A stretch of 64,000 bases of DNA. It comes from a virus. The first letter of the stretch is position 1, and the number at the start of each line of letters is the position of its first letter. Both the position numbers and the translations under genes were made by a program. The notes under the pieces are model-generated. The model was not told the DNA's origin. It did not search any database and saw nothing but the letters and a program-made list of their open reading frames with translations. The DNA is taken from positions 101,610 through 165,609 of the IMG/VR virus record IMGVR_UViG_3300025168_000034; one strand, given 5' to 3'. Below are positions 59,138 through 64,000 of this stretch, in pieces.

Positions 59138-59422
59138 TTATCTTAGTTTGTCAATTTTTTCCTCTATACGATCCATATCTTCCTTCAACTCTGTGACATC
59201 TTCTTGAGTTGTCATAATAGTTTGTCGAACCAACTGATCTTTCATATCGTACTCCATCCGTGTCACTTCAGGATCTGGAGGGATCGGAAGCTCTTTTGCT
59301 TCTTGTATATCTGCTTGTAATGCAAACCACATTCCTACTATGGTCGCAATTGCAAAAGCAAGACCTACCAAAGTTTTGATACTTATCTTAAAACCTGTAT
59401 CCTCATTTAACTCTTTTGCCAT
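59138..59422 (-). CDS. Single-TM coiled-coil membrane protein
   Basis: TM LVGLAFAIATIVGMWFAL followed by a coiled coil. Confidence 0.6.
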   Translation of the reverse strand: MAKELNEDTGFKISIKTLVGLAFAIATIVGMWFALQADIQEAKELPIPPDPEVTRMEYDMKDQLVRQTIMTTQEDVTELKEDMDRIEEKIDKLR

Positions 59423-59424
59423 TT

Positions 59425-60489
59425 TTAAAAAATTATGTAATTGACACCAACACTAAAGTTGTGCCAACTACGATTCCAGTACTTGTTATATTTGCCTTCT
59501 AGGAACACTCCTAAGCTTTTATTGAACTTGTAACCGAAAATTAATCCTCCAGAATAGTCGATCCACTGACCGCTGTTAAAGTTGTGATATGAGTAATCAC
59601 CATCTGCCTTTAGGTGCACTGGCATTACATTACCCCATGAGTGCAACCAAAAATCTTTAGTATAATGATAGAAGTCAAACCCTATAACAAGGGAATGATT
59701 CCACTGTAAAGGTAGAGCACTTCGCTCTTCCTCTGTGTATTTTGCTAACACTTCTGGAACAACAACCGCTTCCCACACTTGAGTGTTTTCTGCTACTAAC
59801 TCTCCTGCTGGATCAAAATATGTAACACCACCAAAACCATCAAATTCAACTGAATACCCTTCTTGTATTGCTAACTGAGTGTAGTGCAGATTACCATCGG
59901 ATAACAACCAACTTTCTAATGGATTGTATCCATATGGCTCCGATATACGCTGTACTGCTCCTATATTAAACGACAACTTATCGCCTACTTTTTGTCTATA
60001 TCTTTCTGAAGATTCAAAATATTGAATATCTGCAAATCCATCTTGGACATACTCAACCTTAGCTATCCAATGATTAGCTACATATCGTAAAAAATGATCT
60101 TGATTAAAAAACGACGTTCCTTGCTGTCTAGTCCAATCTGCCTCAAATAAAAATTCAAAGCCATTTATTTTTCCAATTGTAGCAGCGTCTCCGTATGATT
60201 TTTCTGTACCGTCATAAAACACATTAGCTCGATTTTCATAACCAAATCTAGCAATCTTTCTCACACCTATTGCAATAGAATAATCAAAAGGTGTTTTAAC
60301 TGTGTTTGTCTGCAATCCATCTGTCACTGAAAATACATCGACATCTGAAATTGAGTTACCACCCGAGACTGCTCCATAAAACGTAGAGTATTTGACTAAC
60401 TTTTTAACAGTCTTAGAGAATTTAGATTGCTCTTCTTGACCGAATAATATTGTTGGTATTAGTAAGAATAGTATTAAAAGCTGCTTCAT
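59425..60489 (-). CDS. Putative outer-membrane beta-barrel protein
   Basis: Signal peptide ...ILFG|Q; amphipathic aromatic-rich strands; C-terminal beta-signal SVGVNYIIF. Confidence 0.75.
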   Translation of the reverse strand: MKQLLILFLLIPTILFGQEEQSKFSKTVKKLVKYSTFYGAVSGGNSISDVDVFSVTDGLQTNTVKTPFDYSIAIGVRKIARFGYENRANVFYDGTEKSYGDAATIGKINGFEFLFEADWTRQQGTSFFNQDHFLRYVANHWIAKVEYVQDGFADIQYFESSERYRQKVGDKLSFNIGAVQRISEPYGYNPLESWLLSDGNLHYTQLAIQEGYSVEFDGFGGVTYFDPAGELVAENTQVWEAVVVPEVLAKYTEEERSALPLQWNHSLVIGFDFYHYTKDFWLHSWGNVMPVHLKADGDYSYHNFNSGQWIDYSGGLIFGYKFNKSLGVFLEGKYNKYWNRSWHNFSVGVNYIIF

Positions 60490-62888
60490 TGTTTTATAAT
60501 TCTTTTAGTAAATCTCTTTTCTTCATGTATTAGTGTTAAGAGATATACACCGGTTTCATATATACCCAACTCTAAACGATTATCCTTTCCAGTCAACATT
60601 AGTTTACCCATCATATCTCTCAACTCATAATTAAATGTTAGATGTGTTTCAATAGTGACGGTGTTGTCTGTTGGGTTTGGATATACGAGAATTCCATTAA
60701 TATCCATCTCGTCAATACCCACTGGCCACCCTTGTTGACAGTAATCATACATAGATTGACATGATGCATCCCATTCATTTTCACAACAATAAACATCTAC
60801 ATCTATTACCCAAGCATAGCATCCATCATTTAACCAGTAAGGGTTTCCAGGACCACCTACACATCCTGCGTCATATAGACAAGCTAATGAGTCTGTTACA
60901 TTTGCTGTTGGATCATAATTAAATGCATTTGGATCTGTACATCCAGCAACTGGCAATATACATGTCCCATTATCTGTATTAGCTAGGGGATCGAAGTTTA
61001 ATGCTGTTGAGTCTATACACCCAAAAGTGACTGGTATACAAGATCCATTATCCGTATTGGCTAATGGATCGTAATTAAATTGTGTAGGGTCCATACAACC
61101 ATAAATAACATCTATACAGCTTCCATTGTCGGTGTTTGCGTTTGGATCGTAATTAAAGGCGTTAGGATCTGTACATCCATATATTGGATAAATACATGTA
61201 CCATTATCGACGTTTGCTGTAGTGTCATAATTTAGAGCAGTTGAGTCTGTGCATCCAAAATATATACAAGAACCGTCATCAACATTAGCAAGAGAATTGT
61301 AGTTGTAAGATATAGAATCCATACAACCATATACTGTAGCAATACATGAACCATCATCAACGTTTGCATTTGGATTATAGTTAAATGCTAGGTTATTTGT
61401 ACAACCTTCTATGATTGCAATACATGAACCATCATCGGTATTGGCTAATGAATCGTAATTAAATGAAGTAGAATCCATACAACCATATATTTTAGGTTCA
61501 CAATAATCTCCACAGAATGGCAATGCAGAATATGTAATCCATGTTGGTTCTTCAAAAGGCTGTAATGCTCCTTGTCCATTATTTGCAAATGGATTAGCAC
61601 CTTCTTCTAACAGCACAACACCATCTGCATTTTCTAACTTAAATGAATTATGCCAGGTCTGGAATTGTACTTGAGAAGGTGGTTGTTGTGGTCCACCTAC
61701 TTCAAAGTAATATACCTTGACTGGTTTATCAGTATCTAATTGTAATGGAAAGGTTTGGCTAGATGCACCTGGTCCCATAGTATAAGTCCATAAATTTGTT
61801 CCTTGAGCAACACCTAAATAAGAATTACCCCATCCATCACTAGCATCATCTTCTATTGTTAGTGTGTAGTTACAAGTTGGAATTATAGCTTGCATTGTAG
61901 CATTAGAGTCATAATTAAATGCTGCAGTATCAATACACCCATACACGTGCAGATTAGCACATGTACCATCATCTATATTAGCTAGCGAATCAAATTCTTG
62001 ATATGCAGGATCTGTACATCCTAACACAGGAGTTATACCGCTACAAGGAACACCAAATACTGGTCCCGAATATGCTGTAGAACCGAAGTTAGGATTACCT
62101 AATTGCCATAAGACACTACCATTGCAATCATATATAGTAATATCACCATCAACCGTACCGCCAGTAGTTGATCCAGCTAAACCATCACCATAAGAATCAC
62201 TAAATATTAACTCTGCACCTGCAGGATCAACACATACAGTATAGCTGTAGGTTTGTCCTATATCATTAAAATCGTAAGTACCTTGTCCATTGTTTTCGAG
62301 CTGATTCCCGTTTGACAGGTCTACTAATATCCACGAAGTTTCGCTTGGATAGCTGTCTAAAGTTACCTCTACTGTTATTTCAAAATCTCCAGGATCACAG
62401 CCACTACTCCCACCTCCACCAACACAAGAACCATCATCTTCTGTCGCCCATGGATTATATGCTATAGAGTTAACATCCATACATCCAGGTATACAAGCAG
62501 ATGGAGTGTATGCTATAGTATCGGATTGTGTTCCGTTAGAATAATTTAAAATTAGATAATGTTCTACAGACCAGTTTGGAGGCATATTCGGTGTTCCGGC
62601 AAATACACCAAAGTTGCCTTGAGGTGAACTTGAAGGATATCCTATTGGATATATAAATGGTCCAACTCCTGCGGCAGTTGAATACTCTACCGAAACAACA
62701 TCCTCATTGCAATTAGCAGTAGTATCGTTAAACCATTCAAATATAATAATTACTTGACTTCCACCATTAATGCATTGTTGATATGCATTTGAACTTATAA
62801 AGTTGCAAGGTGTTTGCGCAATAGAAATTATTGGCAATAAAACCGCTAACAGAAACGCACTAAAACTCTTCGTCAGAAACTTCTTCAT
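60486..62888 (-). CDS. T9SS (Por) cargo protein with Cys-rich GCxD...DDGSC repeats
   Basis: Start MKKFLTKSF (62888), signal ...ISIA|Q; 11 repeats; C-terminal VYPNPT...RDMMGKL...GVYLL...TKRIIKQ type-A CTD. Confidence 0.85.
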   Translation of the reverse strand: MKKFLTKSFSAFLLAVLLPIISIAQTPCNFISSNAYQQCINGGSQVIIIFEWFNDTTANCNEDVVSVEYSTAAGVGPFIYPIGYPSSSPQGNFGVFAGTPNMPPNWSVEHYLILNYSNGTQSDTIAYTPSACIPGCMDVNSIAYNPWATEDDGSCVGGGGSSGCDPGDFEITVEVTLDSYPSETSWILVDLSNGNQLENNGQGTYDFNDIGQTYSYTVCVDPAGAELIFSDSYGDGLAGSTTGGTVDGDITIYDCNGSVLWQLGNPNFGSTAYSGPVFGVPCSGITPVLGCTDPAYQEFDSLANIDDGTCANLHVYGCIDTAAFNYDSNATMQAIIPTCNYTLTIEDDASDGWGNSYLGVAQGTNLWTYTMGPGASSQTFPLQLDTDKPVKVYYFEVGGPQQPPSQVQFQTWHNSFKLENADGVVLLEEGANPFANNGQGALQPFEEPTWITYSALPFCGDYCEPKIYGCMDSTSFNYDSLANTDDGSCIAIIEGCTNNLAFNYNPNANVDDGSCIATVYGCMDSISYNYNSLANVDDGSCIYFGCTDSTALNYDTTANVDNGTCIYPIYGCTDPNAFNYDPNANTDNGSCIDVIYGCMDPTQFNYDPLANTDNGSCIPVTFGCIDSTALNFDPLANTDNGTCILPVAGCTDPNAFNYDPTANVTDSLACLYDAGCVGGPGNPYWLNDGCYAWVIDVDVYCCENEWDASCQSMYDYCQQGWPVGIDEMDINGILVYPNPTDNTVTIETHLTFNYELRDMMGKLMLTGKDNRLELGIYETGVYLLTLIHEEKRFTKRIIKQ
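60879..61484 (-). repeat. Eight tandem ~24-26-aa GC(T/M/I)DxxAxNYDxxANxDDGSC coding repeats
   Basis: Visible in the translation and in recurring ggatcgtaattaaa-like DNA. Confidence 0.85.
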
Positions 62889-63198
62889 TTTTATTGTTAC
62901 TTTTGTTGTTACTAAACACCTTACCAATCTCAGCAATACCAAAACTACCTAAGGTTACTATTAAAAATGAGTTATAAATAAACTCCGAAATAACTAGATG
63001 GTTACCTAACACACCAGTTATAATGTCTGTGATTGCAAATATTGCCATCATACCAAATGAAAGAAAACCAACTATAGTTTTCTCATTGATACCATTATCG
63101 TCTTTGAAAATATCTCTAAAAGCCATAAATTTTCTATTTAAGAACATCACAATTCTTGAAACCTTTATAGCATTATATAACCTCTTAAAGATGCTCAT
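62860..63198 (-). CDS. Two-TM membrane protein (holin-like)
   Basis: NEKTIVGFLSF TM1, FLIVTLGSFGI TM2, charged C-tail; alternative start at 63126. Confidence 0.6.
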   Translation of the reverse strand: MSIFKRLYNAIKVSRIVMFLNRKFMAFRDIFKDDNGINEKTIVGFLSFGMMAIFAITDIITGVLGNHLVISEFIYNSFLIVTLGSFGIAEIGKVFSNNKSNNKNEEVSDEEF

Positions 63199-63204
63199 GT
63201 TAAT

Positions 63205-63212
63205 TATAAATA
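63205..63212 (-). promoter_or_regulatory. Late promoter motif heading the envelope/lysis operon
   Basis: TATTTATA immediately after the terminator and 6 nt before the 63198 ATG. Confidence 0.7.
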
Positions 63213-63216
63213 GCTC

Positions 63217-63249
63217 TGAAAAATAGAAAATGCCGGTCTTGCCGGCATT
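63217..63249 (-). terminator. Rho-independent terminator
   Basis: AATGCCGG-N5-CCGGCATT hairpin (63229-63249), then TTCTATTTTT on the minus strand. Confidence 0.8.
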
Positions 63250-63270
63250 AACTTTAAGCTGTTTATTGTT

Positions 63271-64000
63271 TTATAAAATAAATTCTTGAATATTAAACGC
63301 GTTCTTAATCTCTCGCACTTCTTGCATGAAATCTCGTCGATTTTCATCGGGTAACTGTTTAGAAATGTGCAATATAAGAGCGGTACTTGTCTTGAATTTT
63401 TTCGTAATTTTTTTGTCAAATCCATTAGCCTCAGCCACCTCACATATCGTGTTAAAAACACCTAAATCCATCGGATTTTTGGTGATTTCTGCCATCGTAT
63501 CTTGCGCATCAAAAAGCTTTTTTAGAAAGTCTTTAAAGGTAGGATCGGTGGTTTTTACTTGCGGAAACTCTTGCTGAACTTTACCTAAAAATTCGTTAAA
63601 ATCACTCGATTCATCCGCTAAAATGTCTAATTCTGAAAATGCTCCTTCGTCTAGCTTTATTGCATATCTACCTAGATTCTCTTTAAGATCATCCTTACGC
63701 ATATACCCTTGAACCACAGTACGAGGATTAGCTATACTCTTCATTTTATCAAGAAATTTCAATCTCTCACCTAACACGTTTTGCATGAGCTCTATCGTTT
63801 CAGAATCGAATTCATCATTAACATATGCAACGAACTCCTTAGCTGTGAATTTGGGTGCTGCCCCTTCATTAACTGATTCTTTCTCATAAATCTCTACAGC
63901 ATCATCGCCATATTGTTTTATCTTCCAGCCTCTCAGTTTTCCAAGCCTCATAACAGATTTTACAAATAGAGTTTTGTCGCTAGCTGATATATTAGTATCA
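63271..64000 (-). CDS. Putative internal head protein, probably 5'-truncated by the window edge
   Basis: Frame stays open upstream of the 63951 ATG to the window end; modules separated by VNE/LKE/LDE/MAE. Confidence 0.55.
   Translation of the reverse strand, partial: DTNISASDKTLFVKSVMRLGKLRGWKIKQYGDDAVEIYEKESVNEGAAPKFTAKEFVAYVNDEFDSETIELMQNVLGERLKFLDKMKSIANPRTVVQGYMRKDDLKENLGRYAIKLDEGAFSELDILADESSDFNEFLGKVQQEFPQVKTTDPTFKDFLKKLFDAQDTMAEITKNPMDLGVFNTICEVAEANGFDKKITKKFKTSTALILHISKQLPDENRRDFMQEVREIKNAFNIQEFIL

Noticed and set aside
60879-61484. Regularly spaced DNA repeats that might be a CRISPR array
   Set aside because: Degenerate at synonymous positions and in frame within a protein repeat; no cas genes or invariant repeat
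63204-63461. 85-aa minus-strand ORF overlapping 63271-64000
   Set aside because: Alternate frame running through the terminator and promoter; no supporting features
20-63577. Numerous plus-strand ORFs of 60-229 aa
   Set aside because: All are antisense shadows of longer minus-strand genes, with S/F/L-biased composition and no motifs
1-64000. Stop-codon reassignment as in some Bacteroidota phages
   Set aside because: Conserved genes are full length in the standard code; TAA, TAG and TGA all end genes at sensible positions with tight packing
1-64000. tRNA, rRNA, integrase or diversity-generating retroelement
   Set aside because: Intergenic gaps are very short; no cloverleaf, reverse transcriptase, recombinase or TR/VR pair was recognised by eye

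Overview
The window is a 64-kb, AT-rich, gene-dense segment of a large myovirus-like dsDNA phage, distantly T4-like. Essentially all genes lie on the minus strand and use the standard genetic code. It holds head genes (prohead protease, portal, large terminase), a cluster of putative capsid-internal cargo proteins, a fused Mre11-Rad50 (SbcDC), primase, T7-type endonuclease I, SpeD, HPRT and an HD hydrolase. It also holds a gp55-like late sigma factor, a long virion/baseplate block (LamG, Ig-like, gp6, gp25, an apparently split gp5-like spike with peptidoglycan hydrolases) and a lysis operon. A Bacteroidota (probably Flavobacteriia) host is inferred from a T9SS C-terminal sorting domain, Gln+1 signal peptides and TTG-N20-TAnnTT promoters. 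The most notable candidates: (1) a late envelope operon (T9SS cargo with Cys-rich repeats, outer-membrane beta-barrel, redox-inactive periplasmic thioredoxin) co-transcribed with endolysin and holin; (2) enzymes with leaders ending in (I/L)-x-E prohead-protease sites, including an Ntn-hydrolase whose catalytic Cys directly follows the site and an NTase/LETM1-like/RNA-ligase-like polyprotein; (3) a late promoter motif, TATTTAT(A/T), that is the reverse complement of the T4 late promoter; (4) pervasive [S/T]-x-S motifs in outer virion proteins. All family assignments come from motif recognition by eye; no searches were run.
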